Of a DNA stretch of 64,000 nucleotides, positions 41,130 to 53,463 are shown one piece after another (position 1 is the first letter of the stretch; each line of letters starts with the position of its first letter). The position numbers and the translations under genes are program-made. Origin of the DNA: Octopus sinensis. Lineage: Eukaryota. The stretch spans positions 200,632,001 through 200,696,000 of the forward strand of contig NC_042997.1 of assembly GCF_006345805.1 (NCBI RefSeq). Reading direction: 5' to 3'. The notes beneath the pieces are model-generated. The model was not told the origin of the DNA and did no database searches. It worked only from the letters and a program-made list of their open reading frames with translations.

Positions 41130-41249
41130 TTTACAGCCGAGTGGACTGGCGGAACGTGAAATGAAGATGTATTGCTCAAGACCATAACATGCCATTTGAT
41201 CCTAGAATCGAACCTACGATCTAGCAATCGTGAGTGTAACAACCTAACC
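41130..41249 (-). mobile_element. Old tRNA-derived SINE head remnant
   Basis: Reverse complement GGTTAGG..GTAGGTTCGATTCT..TCTTGAGCAATACATCTTCATTTCACG (B box plus CORE-like segment). Confidence 0.45.
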
Positions 41250-41658
41250 TATTTCTTTACTACCCACAAGGGGCTAAACACAGAGAGGATAAATAAGGAC
41301 AGACAAACGGATTAAGTCGATTGTATCGACCCCAGTGCGTAACTGGTACTTAATTTATCGACTCCCCGAAAGGATGAAAGGCAAAGTCGACCTCGGCGGA
41401 ATTTGATCTCAGAACGTAGCGGCAGACGAAATAACTATTTCTTTACTACCCACAAGGGGCTAAACACAGAAGGGACAAAGAAATGGATTAAGTCGATTAT
41501 ATCGACCCAAGTGCGTCACTGGTACTTAATTTAATGACTCCGAAAGGATGAAAGGCAAAGTCGACCTCGGCGGAATTTGAACTCAGAACGTAGTGGCAGA
41601 CGAAATACCGCTAAGCATTTCGCCGGGCGTGCTAACGTTTCTGCCAGCTCGCCGCCTC
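41250..41658 (-). mobile_element. SINE family A head-(body)2 dimer
   Basis: Full copy 41658-41436 followed by a head-less copy 41435-41250. 12-bp TSD AACAACCTAACC at 41238-41249 and 41659-41670. Confidence 0.9.
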
Positions 41659-42840
41659 AACAACCTAACCATTATACCACGTACCTTCACCGTTGCTCTC
41701 TGTATACTGAGCTGCAGTAAGCCATTTATTTGCTCGATGGTTATCTCATTGAAAATCTTAGATAACGGTATATTGTTTCTATTTTATGAACCAACTGTAC
41801 GATGAACCAATTGTTCCTAAGTGCATTTAATAGAAACAGCACCATTATGACTAATGCATTGATTATGCTAATCTATATTATATGTGCTACTTCAACCTGG
41901 CTCTATATTTTAATTGTGATATTCTTGATCAATATCAGCTAAATATTCAGACAAATTTTTATGGTTGAAATTTTGGATATTTTAAAATAATAATTATTGA
42001 TTTTCCTGTTAAAAATAATCTCTAAAAAAAAATTATTTAAATATTTGAAGATGAATTTTTAAAAAGAAATAAGATAGAATAAAATAAAATAAAATAAAAT
42101 GAAGAAAATTATTGACAACTGTAAAAATGTTTTCCCAAGTTAAGAAGTGATTCTAGTGTGTGTATTTATCTGAATATCTATGTTTATGTGTAAACACACA
42201 TACACGCATATATACATACATGTATATATATACGCACGCTGATACAGACATAGAGACATGCACATTCTTTTATTTAATGTGTCTGTAAATAACTGCGCAA
42301 AGAAAAACTTTTGCTCGCTTTCTGACTTTTTTCCGCTAACCCTCTCTCTCTCTCCTACATCCGCATATATTTCTCAATCATCTCCGTGAAAAAAATCAAA
42401 AGGAAAGCGTTAATAAAGAGGAAATATCATTTTCTAATAACAAAATTGCTATTTCCTGACTAATAGCTAAAAGGTGGGCCATCAAAGATTATGCTGTCTG
42501 TTAAAGGAAGTGGTATAATAAATTAAGAAAGTCTATTGATTCTTATAAAAATAAATTCTCGTTATAGCCGCTAGCATTTCTGTGAAAATGTTACCAAGTG
42601 TCTTTGCACTTTTATTATCAAACCAGCAAAGAATTTTCTCGTTGAAATAAAACTGTTATCGTTTTAGGATGTATTGCAAGCCATTGTAAGCTCAGATGTT
42701 TAAGAAAATTTTGCAGACTTAAATGACAACTAACTTCTGAAATTAGAATCAATATTTTAAATAAATTTCAGAAAAATACAGACATTCGGTGTTTTTATTA
42801 TATTTCGGAAGAGTTATAATTATCGAGCCTATAAACAAAC

Positions 42841-43031
42841 CAATCGCTGTTTGTCGAAGAATATAGTTCGCTTCACAAAAGCTTTGAGAAGATAGAAAGG
42901 AAGAAACAGAAGGGACATGTATTCTAAGACAATTAATAATCGATGTGGTTGGGTGTTTATAGCATTTATGAATTACGACTCTTGCCAAATATAACATTAT
43001 TGGTTTCGATACACGGTTACAGATCAAAATT
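42841..43031 (-). CDS. Candidate host exon, unidentified protein
   Basis: Non-repetitive, acceptor TTTATTTTTGCAAG, donor G|GTTTGT, open frame ILICNRVSKPIMLYLAR..NYILRQTAI. No homology recognised. Confidence 0.3.
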
Positions 43032-43227
43032 CTTGCAAAAATAAATAATAAATTCAAAATTGTTAAAAGTGACATTTCAATGTTTTTCTAGGCGGTGAAA
43101 GTTAACTACCCTGCAGACACACTCACAAAGAAACACACACAGATACCCGCTGGAAACACTCAAAAACACACGAACACACAGCATAGGTGTAGCCAGAATT
43201 TCGGCCGAAGGTATTCTCAATTATAAA

Positions 43228-43458
43228 GGCGGTGAGCTGGCAGAAACGTTAGCACTCCGGGCGAAATGCTTACCAATATTTCGACTGCCACTACATTCTG
43301 AGTTCAAATTCCGCCGAGGTCGACTTTGCCTTTCATCCTTTCGGGGTCGATAAATTAAGTACCAGTTACGCACTGGGGTTGATGTATTCGACTTAATCCG
43401 TTTGTCTGTCCTTGTTTGACCTCTCTGTGTCTAGCCCCTTGTGGGTAGTAAAGAAATA
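43228..43458 (+). mobile_element. SINE family A, full length
   Basis: Complete head to tail. Imperfect TSD GGTATTCTC.ATTA.. at 43210-43227 and 43459-43477. Confidence 0.9.
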
Positions 43459-43734
43459 GGTATTCTCTATTATTAAAGTGGATCTCCCATCAGCTGTATG
43501 TTTAGACGTCCATAAGTCTTGGAGGTGAGAGTTGTCTGAACTTGTCGAATGCCCGCTGGTACATATGTATGTGCGTGTACACACACACACACACACAAGT
43601 ATTTCTGACTATTACATTTTGAACCTCCAAAGCACTTCAGAATTGAATAAAAAAAAACCCCCACCTTGTTCGTGAATGGCCATGAAGATGAAGTCATCTG
43701 AATAAATACACAGCAATACGAAGTGAGCAGGGCT

Positions 43735-43834
43735 NNNNNNNNNNNNNNNNNNNNNNNNNNNNNNNNNNNNNNNNNNNNNNNNNNNNNNNNNNNNNNNNNN
43801 NNNNNNNNNNNNNNNNNNNNNNNNNNNNNNNNNN
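43735..43834. other. Scaffold gap (100 N)
   Basis: Run of N. True distance and continuity across it are unknown. Confidence 1.
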
Positions 43835-44109
43835 AACGGCAAAATGAATAAATTCTGTATTGATTTCGATGCAATTTTTTTTAATGCAACATTAAATTAG
43901 TTTGGGAATAATGCCAGACTAATGACTTACAAATTTTCTGATTCCTGGTAACGTAATAAAGTTAATTTAAAGAAAATGAAGAAAAGGCTGGTCAGAATGT
44001 TGGCAAATTAGTTGTACAAAAGTTTGTAACTTGTGACATTGGTTATAAATTAGAATGACAGAAGATATTATTTTATGTAATACAGACAGAGACACACACA
44101 CGCACACAC

Positions 44110-44500
44110 AAACAAATATATATGCACATACATACACAAACGTACACTTACCCACACACATACACGCACAAACACACAGACACATACGCAAACAAATATA
44201 TTTGCACATACATACACAAACGTACACTTACCCACACACATACACGCACGAACACACAGACACATACGCAAACAAATATATTTGCACACACATACACAAA
44301 TGTACACTTACCCACACACATACACGCACAAACACACAGACACATACGCAAACAAATATATTTGCACACACATACACAAATGTACACTTACCCACACACA
44401 TATACGCACAAACACACACACATATACAAACAAATATATATGCATACACATACACAAATGTGCATTTACCCCCACACATACACAAACAAATGTATATGCA
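44110..44500. repeat. 80-bp minisatellite, ~5 units, (CA)-derived
   Basis: CACTTACCC landmark at 44145, 44225, 44305 and 44385, with a variant at 44465. Confidence 0.9.
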
Positions 44501-44760
44501 CACACATACACATACGCAAACTTACCCATACGTACACATGCACACACACACAAACAAATATATATGCACGCACATACACACGCGCAACACTTACCCACCA
44601 CATACCACCACACACACACAACACCACACATAAGCACACCACACGCACACACACACACACACACCACACACCAACACACCACATAAGCACACACACACCA
44701 CACACACCACAACACACACCACACACACACACATAAGCACAAGACACGCACACACACACA

Positions 44761-44804
<44 letters not shown>

Positions 44805-45067
44805 TTTTGGCATTATTTTTTTCAAATGAATTCTTCTTGCTAAATTTTGAAGTATCTCACAGACTATTTGGAAAATATTTCTCACATTAATTAAATTTAA
44901 AAATAACATTTACTTTCCCACAAGAAATTCATGTTTAATCAAACAGAGGTACTTCTCTTGTTTGTTGTATTTTAGATTTTTAACACCAGCAGGGGGCGAT
45001 TTTGTGTATAAATCGCTTGGATAGTCTCACTACATTACATGTGTGGGATAATTATAACGTTTGCAAA

Positions 45068-45391
45068 GCGGCGAGCAGGCAGAATCGTTAGTACCCCGGG
45101 CGAAATGCTTAGCAGGTATTTCGTCTGCCGTTACGTTCTGAATTCAAATTCTGCCGAGGTCGACTTTACCTTTCATCCTTTCGGGGTCGTTTAAATAAGT
45201 ACCATTTACGCACTGGGGTCAATATAATCGACTTAATCCGTTTGTCTGTCCTTGTTTGTCCTCTCTGTATTTAGCCCCCCTTGTGGGTAGTAAAGAAATA
45301 GGTATTTCGTCTGCCGCTATGTTCTGAGTTCAAATTCCACCGAGGTCGACTTTGCCTTTTATCCTTTCGGGGTCGATAAATTAAGTACCAG
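45068..45391 (+). mobile_element. SINE family A dimer, second body truncated
   Basis: Full copy to 45300, then GGTATTTCGTCTGCC..GTACCAG. Confidence 0.88.
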
Positions 45392-45399
45392 TATTTTCA

Positions 45400-46050
45400 A
45401 GCACTGAAGAAACCGATTAGTTTACGAGATGGGGTTCTAGTTAAGCCAAGGATTTACTTTCAATAGAAGAGATCCTGGAAGATCTCTTGTGGTGAAATGG
45501 ACCAACATTTAGAGTGATTATGAGGGATCGAGTTAGATGTTGCCTATATTTCAGATCTGTATGGTGCGATGCTGTTTTCTGGCCGTTGAAAGAGATAAGA
45601 TTGGAACGATCTCATTGGATATTCTTTCAAGGCTTCTGTTCGTGGAATCAATACAGGCTTGACACATGGTGTGTGAGTTGGATGTGGATGGTGTGGGACT
45701 GAGAAATGCTATGTAGGATTGAAAGGCAAAATCATCTAAGAAGATCTGACGTTGTGTGACTGCAAGATTATTGATGTATAGGAGAGAGCAGCACCACAAA
45801 ACCCAACCGTGAGTCATGTCAGAGTTGACAGAGTGAGGGATGGAGAAGTCTATCTCCAGGAAAACGCAGCACAATAGAGCGATCTGATAGGAAGCTGTCT
45901 ATCTGAGAGATGAGAAACGGGTGAAGCCAACAGAAAGGTGGTTTCAATGGAACGTTCGCATACCAGATGCAATCAATAGCTTTGGTTAGTTCGAAGGCGA
46001 TGACATTGCTTTGATCAGATTTTTTCTGAATTGAGAGCCCACCGGTGTGT
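45400..46050 (-). mobile_element. Decayed CR1/L2-group RT fragment
   Basis: Degenerate RT motifs on the minus strand: VIAFELTKAID, SVNSDMTHGWVL..LLYINNL, FLDD. Confidence 0.5.
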
Positions 46051-46315
46051 AACAAAGGAGTAGGTCATCAGTTCATCTTTACTTACAGAAGCTCTACTGA
46101 TGATAATTAGATAGAGAGAGAGAGGGGGGGAAGGAAAGAGGGAGAGATAGACAAGGGTGAGTGGGTAGAGAACGATATCGTTGTTAATGGTTGTCTCCTG
46201 TCACCTCGTCAACTGAGACAGTTGGAAATGAATTAAAAAAATATTTTGCTCTTATTTCTAGCAGGTTGAACGACCACTCAAACATTCTTCGGTTTTATCT
46301 TTTGTCCACATGCAG

Positions 46316-46442
46316 AACAAGTTCTCAGCTCGAACTGAATGGTTGTTGAACAGTTTCAACATTATTCTAGAATGGAATTTTGAAATCGCTAATCCTGTTA
46401 CGTTACAAGTGGAGAAAGAAACACCTGAGTCTCAACCAGAAG
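46316..46442 (+). CDS. Candidate host exon, unidentified protein
   Basis: Acceptor TTTTATCTTTTGTCCACATGCAG, donor AAG|GTAAAT. Only one frame is open (NKFSARTEWLLNSFNIILEW..TPESQPE). Confidence 0.35.
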
Positions 46443-46832
46443 GTAAATTACCAAGAGTAAATATCTCACTGATTTTTGGTCATGATGTTAATCCCTTTCA
46501 AAAGCCATATTTAAAGTATTTATCGTTTTGGTTGTCATGGAAACTCCTTAGATTTACTAACAAAAATGCATTTCACTGTTATTCTATATAGATTTTCTGC
46601 TCTTAATTTCAATCAGGACAGTTTGTATGTATAGAATAAAACAGTGGAACGAATTTTATGTCATGATGAAGAAGACAGATCTAACGTTTCGGACACTTGT
46701 TCTTCTTCAGAGAGAAAGAGAAAGGAAAAGATACAAACAGGCAGACAGAAAAATAGTGACACAGTAAGAAAGAGTGAGAGAGGGAAAGTGATGAAGCAGA
46801 TACTGAAGTGAGGTAGATAGAAACAAAGACGG

Positions 46833-47222
46833 AAGGCGGCGAGCTGGCAGAAACGTTAGCACGCTGGGCGAAATGCGTAGCGGTATTTCGTCTGACGCTA
46901 CGTTCTGAGTTCAAATTCCGCCGAGGTCGACTTTGCCTTTCATCCTTTCGGGTTCGATTAAATAAGTACCATTTACGCACTGGGGTCGATATAATAAACT
47001 TAATCCGTTTGTCCTTTCTGTATTTAGCCCCTTGTGGGCATTAAAGAAATAGTTATTTCGTCTGCCGCTACGTTCTGAGTTCAAATTCCGCCGAGGTTGA
47101 CGTTGCCTTTCATCCTTTCGGGGTCGATAAATTAAGTGCCATTACGCACTGGAATCGATATAATCGACTTAATCCCTTTGTCTGTCCTTGTTGTTTAGCC
47201 CCTTGTGGGTAATAAAGAAATA
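46833..47222 (+). mobile_element. SINE family A head-(body)2 dimer
   Basis: Full copy to 47051, then a second body starting GTTATTTCGTCTGCC and ending AATAAAGAAATA. Confidence 0.9.
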
Positions 47223-47254
47223 AGAGGCAAAGACAGAGAAAACATCGATGTTGT

Positions 47255-47510
47255 CATTTGGGCCCAAAATTACAGGTGAGGCGGGAAATTAGGAAATGTC
47301 GCCTCCAAACTCACCAGATTTCATTTCCACGGACCACTACGTTTGGAGCGTTGTCGAAAGAGACAAATCAACATTTTCACAATATCGTAGCTTCAACGAA
47401 GGCTGCCATTCTTTGGATGATGTCCGAAATGGATAAGTACAGGCATGTTAACGACTCCTAACCTGCATTGAAGAAGTCAGCGAATCTCAAGGTAGATTCA
47501 TTGAAATAAG
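47255..47510 (+). mobile_element. Tc1/mariner transposase C-terminal fragment
   Basis: PPNSPDF..DHYVWSVVERD and terminal QGRFIE motifs, frameshifted. Confidence 0.6.
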
Positions 47511-47652
47511 ATTATAAGAAAATTTAGGGAGAACATGCGCAGCCATTTTTATTAAGATTCCTTTAGTTTCCACTTGGTAAAAAATTACCAAATATATCCG
47601 CAAATTCCTCTCACACACTGTTTACCTATGTATATGTGTGCGTGTACGTGTG

Positions 47653-47904
<252 letters not shown>

Positions 47905-48901
47905 GACCTTGAGTGACTTCAACACAACCAAAGCATTCTATAGGGGATTAGTGGAGGGGAGGTACGACGACGAGCTCGGGGCAAACCTGGGCGTCGACGA
48001 AGAACACCTGACCCGCCTGTTTCAAACGACTTTCGGCCCGGGACCTATGGACAACTTCCAGAGATCCCTGGCCTGGCGGTGCTACCGAGAAGCGCTACAC
48101 GTTCGGGATAAGCTCTATAGGCATGGCTCGAGAAACACGGGGCCGACCTGCCCGAGATGCGGGCAGAGCGACGAAACCGCTCTGCACGCAATCGTGCAGT
48201 GTCCAGCAATTTCCGACCTGTGGCTTATGTCGAACGACTGCTGTCACGTGTGGGACGTGTCGGTTTATCAGCCGAGTCTATCGTTAATATCGTCACGCCT
48301 CCTTCCTTCAAACGGGAAGGAAGAGCTATTTTTATCATACTTGTGGCTATGGCGAAAGAATGTATCTGGTGGACGCGCCTGAAAGGATTAGAGACAAACA
48401 CTTTCCTCTCTGGTCAATCTCTCATCAACTTCTTCAAGTATCACTTGAAGAGGAAAGTGAGAGTAGAGAGGCAAGTTTTGTCTAGTGAATGTTTTAAAAA
48501 AAAGATGGGTGAATGTAGCAAGGATGGCACGTATGAATGACGAAGCCACCTTGACTATGATTCTATGAACCATAAAAATTAATACAGAGAGTTGCTTATT
48601 TGCAAAAAAAAAAAGAAATATAACATGTGACTTCATTGACCGAGGTTACCGTGGTCTTTTCCGTAGGCTTTTCTTTCCACGGGTAAACCTCACCTGTCCT
48701 CCCCTTTACACTTCATATTGACATTTCTGTGATAACGATCCCTATTATTCATTTCCCCCCCCTTTTTTTGTCCTTTTTCTTTCCTTTTACGATCCCTTTT
48801 GATCAAAAACCACCACTCTCTTTTTTTTTACCCCCAAAAGAAAAGCTCTACCTTGTAATTTGTTCTATCTGTGTGCAGCCCTGTGTGGCTAATAAAGAAA
48901 C
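47905..48901 (+). mobile_element. Tx1/L1-clade LINE 3' end, copy P
   Basis: Same family as 30818-31770 (CPRCGQSDETALHAIVQCP). Ends GCCCTGTGTGGCTAATAAAGAAAC and is followed by ATATCTATCTGTC. Confidence 0.88.
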
Positions 48902-48928
48902 ATATCTATCTGTCTATCTGTCTGTCTA

Positions 48929-48960
<32 letters not shown>

Positions 48961-49171
48961 CTGTTACTCTCTGTTTATGAGAACGCTTCACTTTTCCTTC
49001 CCTTACATTCATCTTCGCTGACGAAAATGACAGTTCTGGAGGTGTTCATGTCTTCCTACGCAATAGTCTTATATATATGTATACAGACACACACACACAC
49101 GCACACACACATATGCATATATATATATATATATGTATATGATTATATACATGTATATATATATATATATA

Positions 49172-49404
49172 TATTTCTTTACTACCCACAAGGGGCTAAA
49201 CACAGACGGGACAAACAAGGACAGACGAACGGATTAAGTCGATTATATCGACCCCAGTGTGTAACTGGTACTTAATTTATCGACCCCGAAAGGATGAAAG
49301 GCAAAGTCGACCTCGGCGGAATTTGAACTCGGAACGTGACGACAGACGAGATACAGCTACGCATTTCGCCCGGCGTGCTAACGTTTCTGCCAGCTCGCCG
49401 CCTT
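49172..49404 (-). mobile_element. SINE family A, full length
   Basis: Complete reverse-complement match to the family. Confidence 0.9.
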
Positions 49405-49465
49405 ATGATATTCTATATTTTTGGGATGAGAAATTATGTGCATTATTTACCATGGACAAATAGGT

Positions 49466-49560
49466 GTCCTTATTTTGTTTGTTGTTATCACAACGTCTCG
49501 GCTGATGAAGGCTGGAGAGTACATCACCCGAAACACTGTGATAACAAACAAAATGAGGAC
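49466..49560 (+). ncRNA. Minimal hammerhead-ribozyme-like motif within an inverted duplication (probable Penelope terminal-repeat remnant)
   Basis: CTGATGA-A-GGCTG..CACCC-GAAAC core at 49502-49534, enclosed by a ~25-bp inverted repeat (GTCCTTATTTTGTTTG..ATCAC and GTGATAACAAACAAAATGAGGAC). Confidence 0.55.
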
Positions 49561-49582
49561 ATCTATTCGTTCATTGTAAATA

Positions 49583-49673
<91 letters not shown>

Positions 49674-49674
<1 letters not shown>

Positions 49675-49914
49675 CAAATAAGAAAACGGAGAGGATATAG
49701 AATCGACAGACGTCAGCCGGTAAACATTCTCGTATGTCTATTTATTCAAAAATATTGGATGAATACACGCACATGTATGAGTGGTTCCACTCACAAATCT
49801 ACACCACTCGTACATTTGTGTGTATTCATCCAATACATTTGAATAAATAGATGTACTAGAATGTTTACCAGCTGATGTCTGTCGATTCTATTTCTTCTAC
49901 ATTTTCTTATTTGC
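49674..49914. repeat. Fold-back (MITE-like) element, ~111-bp arms
   Basis: 49674-49784 is the reverse complement of 49803-49914 at roughly 85-90% identity. Confidence 0.9.
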
Positions 49915-50946
49915 CGTATAAATCGAGGGTAAACCACTTGTTACTCCCACACGTATATAAATACCCAATTGCGAAATTGCCATGCAATAACTAGCACTTG
50001 GATATGAATAATTGGGTGCACTACTACCAGCAGTATTTTTGGATAGATACTACCCCTTAGTTGGTTTCTCAACCTGTAACTCATTCAGAAATACACACAC
50101 ACACACACACACACACATTTATATATACATATATATATATGCAGTCTCTCACACACACGCACATATATATATATACATATATATATATACACTTACATAC
50201 AGACGTACATACATACATACAGACGTACATACATACATACATACATCCATACATCTATACATACATACATAAATCCTTCCACGTTCACTTTGAAGTATTT
50301 CATTCTCCTAGTGTCTAGCAGGTAAATAACAGTGAGAAATGTGGGTCGATGCTAATCAGATCTACCCTTTCTTCTTCAATATTTTTTTTGCTGATGTTTA
50401 ATATCAGAATTAAAATTCAAAATGGCCTCTCGTTATTTCGTTCTTTGAAATTCAACGTGAGATTATTCCTAGAAAATCATAAATCTCACTCTTATTAAAT
50501 CAGTAAGAGACATACTTTAATGATTATTTTCAGTAGAGAGTTGGAAAAATAGAATCTTCATTTATCAACTATAACTAAAAGTGATCAGAAAATCAATAGA
50601 CAACAACAATAATTCATTTTTTTTAAACGAATATCATACAATATATGATTAATTTTTCCGTTCATATTTCTAACCTACGCTGTTGTACATCTGAAATTAT
50701 AAAGCAAAAACATACAGTCTTCAAAGCATTGGGAAAATTTAAATGAAGTTTAAATAAAACATCTTGAGAATGTCACGGTATTTTCATTGCTGCATGCGAA
50801 CATCTGGAGAATGTAAATAGATAAATAATGTTACATAAATAACACGAACCATTGTCTGAGTATTCCATCATCACTAAGACAATTGTTATATTTTAATCAA
50901 ATTCGAAAGATTTAAACAAGTAACAAATATCTAAAATAGATACATA

Positions 50947-51300
50947 GGCGTAGGAGTGGCTGAGTGGTAAGTAGCTTGCTTACGAACCACATGGTTCCGA
51001 GTTCAGTCCCACTGCGTGGTACCTTGGACAAGTGTCTTCTACTATAGCCTCGGGCCAACCAAAGCCTTGTGAGTGGATTTGGTAAACGGAAACTTAAAGA
51101 AGCCTGTCATATGTGTGTGTGTGTTTGTGTGTGTGTTTGTGTGTGTGTGTGTGTGAGTGTGTGTGTGTATGTTTGTGTGTCTGTGTTTGTCCTCTGTAAC
51201 TTAGCGGTTCGGCAAAAGAGACCAACAGAATAAGTACTAGGTTTACAAACAATAAGGCCTGGGGGTCGATTTGCTCGACTAAAGGCGGTGCTCTAGCCAT
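50947..51300 (+). mobile_element. SINE family B with internal (GT)n
   Basis: GGCGTAGGAGTGGCTGAGTGGTAAG..GAGTTCAGTCCC head, then (GT)n, then the 3' part ending AAGGCGGTGCTCTAGC. Confidence 0.8.
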
Positions 51301-51447
51301 ACTAATCATATCTGCCGGGCATGTGGAAGGTTTTAGCTGCCAATTCTGTACAAGACATTGTAGATCTTTAGCTGGGCTAAAAAGTCACATTCAATAACAG
51401 TTAAGCTTCGTGCAATGGCCATACTCGATAATGACGTGGCAGCCATC

Positions 51448-51813
51448 ATGTATGTATGTATGTATGTATGTATGTATGTATGTATGTATGTATTATGTAT
51501 GTATGTATGGTATGTATGTATGTATGTATGTATGTATTGTATGTATGTATGTATGTATGTATGTATGTATGTATGTATGTATGTATGTATGTATGTATGT
51601 ATGTATGTATGTATGTATGTATGTATGTATTATGTATGTATGTATGTAGTATGTATGTATGTATGTATGTATGTATGTATGTATGTATGTATGTATGTAT
51701 GTATGTATGTATGTATGTATGTATGTATGTATGTATGTATGTATGTATGTATGTATGTATGTATGTATGTATGTATGTATGTATGTATGTATGTGTGTGT
51801 GTGTGTGTGTGTG

Positions 51814-51863
<50 letters not shown>

Positions 51864-51888
51864 ATGTATGTATGTATGTATGTATGTA
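51448..51888. repeat. (TATG)n / (GT)n microsatellite
   Basis: ~440-bp compound tract. Confidence 0.98.
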
Positions 51889-52765
51889 TACGTATGCTTG
51901 TATTGAAAATAGCACACAACAGAGTAATGAAAATTTGTATTTTGTTAATGAATAAATTCAAATGGTGTACGATATATTCTTTGTTGTGTAACATTGATTT
52001 TTAATATACATACGTGGCAAAGACTTTTAGGAAGGGAATTCTTTCCTATCGACCCCAATATACGGCTGGTACATGTTTAATTGTCATTAGAATGATAAAA
52101 GATGATATCAGCCTTAATTAATTTTAGCTCAGAATAAAAAGGAATGTCCTTAAATTCGAGATATTTCATCCGTTGTTCTGCAGATTTCTACTCTTCTTTA
52201 CCAATCCTCCTCAGTCAACCCTATGGTTCCCCTTTTCCCAATCATCTGCTCTCCTCAGCTAATCCGCTGCTCTTCTTTAACAATGCTCTGCTTTGCTTAC
52301 CAACCTCTGCTCTCCTCTCAGCCAATTCTATTCTCTCTTTTTTCTTATGTAATATTGATTACAAAGATCTTCAATTATTTCTTTTCTAAGAAACATTTGA
52401 GAAAACTGTTCAGTTTTGATTCAAATGTAAAACAAACTGAATTACACACACGCACACACACATGCACACACGCACACACACACACACACACACACACCAC
52501 ATTCTCTCTCTATCACTCTCTCGCACATATTCTCACATGCTTACATATGTAGATGTATCCACAGAGACATAAAAGCATTAGGTTGTGTATAGCATTTATA
52601 ATCATACAATCATTATATAATGTACCTAGTTATACATACATGCATAATACATACATACATAAAACATACATATATAAATATATATATATATATGCATACA
52701 CACACAAACACACACATACGCATATAGATAGACATATAGCTATAGATATAAATATGAGTAGACAG

Positions 52766-52798
<33 letters not shown>

Positions 52799-53051
52799 CA
52801 TATATATATATATATATAATATATATATATATATACATATATATGTATGTGTATGTATATATACACACATACACACACATATATATGCATACACATACGT
52901 ATGTTTATATATGTATATTTAAACACACATTCATATATGTATATATACATGCACACATACATACATATATATATATATTTATATATATATATATATGTAT
53001 GTATGTATGTGTGTGTATATATATATATATGTATATATATATATACATACA

Positions 53052-53110
<59 letters not shown>

Positions 53111-53463
53111 CCATATATGTTTTTGTCTGCATGGTTAGATACATATGCAATACTACATAAGAACAATCGACTTTGTATCATGTTAATTTAACAAAGGAAT
53201 TCAAATTAAAACAGAGAAAAATTAGTTTAATAACAATGGAGCTAAAAATCTGTAAAAGTTTAAAGTAAAGCAGTCTTGTTTGGAAGAGAAACAATCGATG
53301 TATAAACCGCTGCGGAAGAGCAACGTCTGGGAAAAAATGCGAAAACAAAGAGAAAATGTTTCAAGTTAATAATAACGAACAAAGCTGAATTATCTACAAG
53401 AAAACGTAGACTAGGAATGAAAATGCTTACTGTGTTCTGAGATAAACATTATACTTCAGAATC

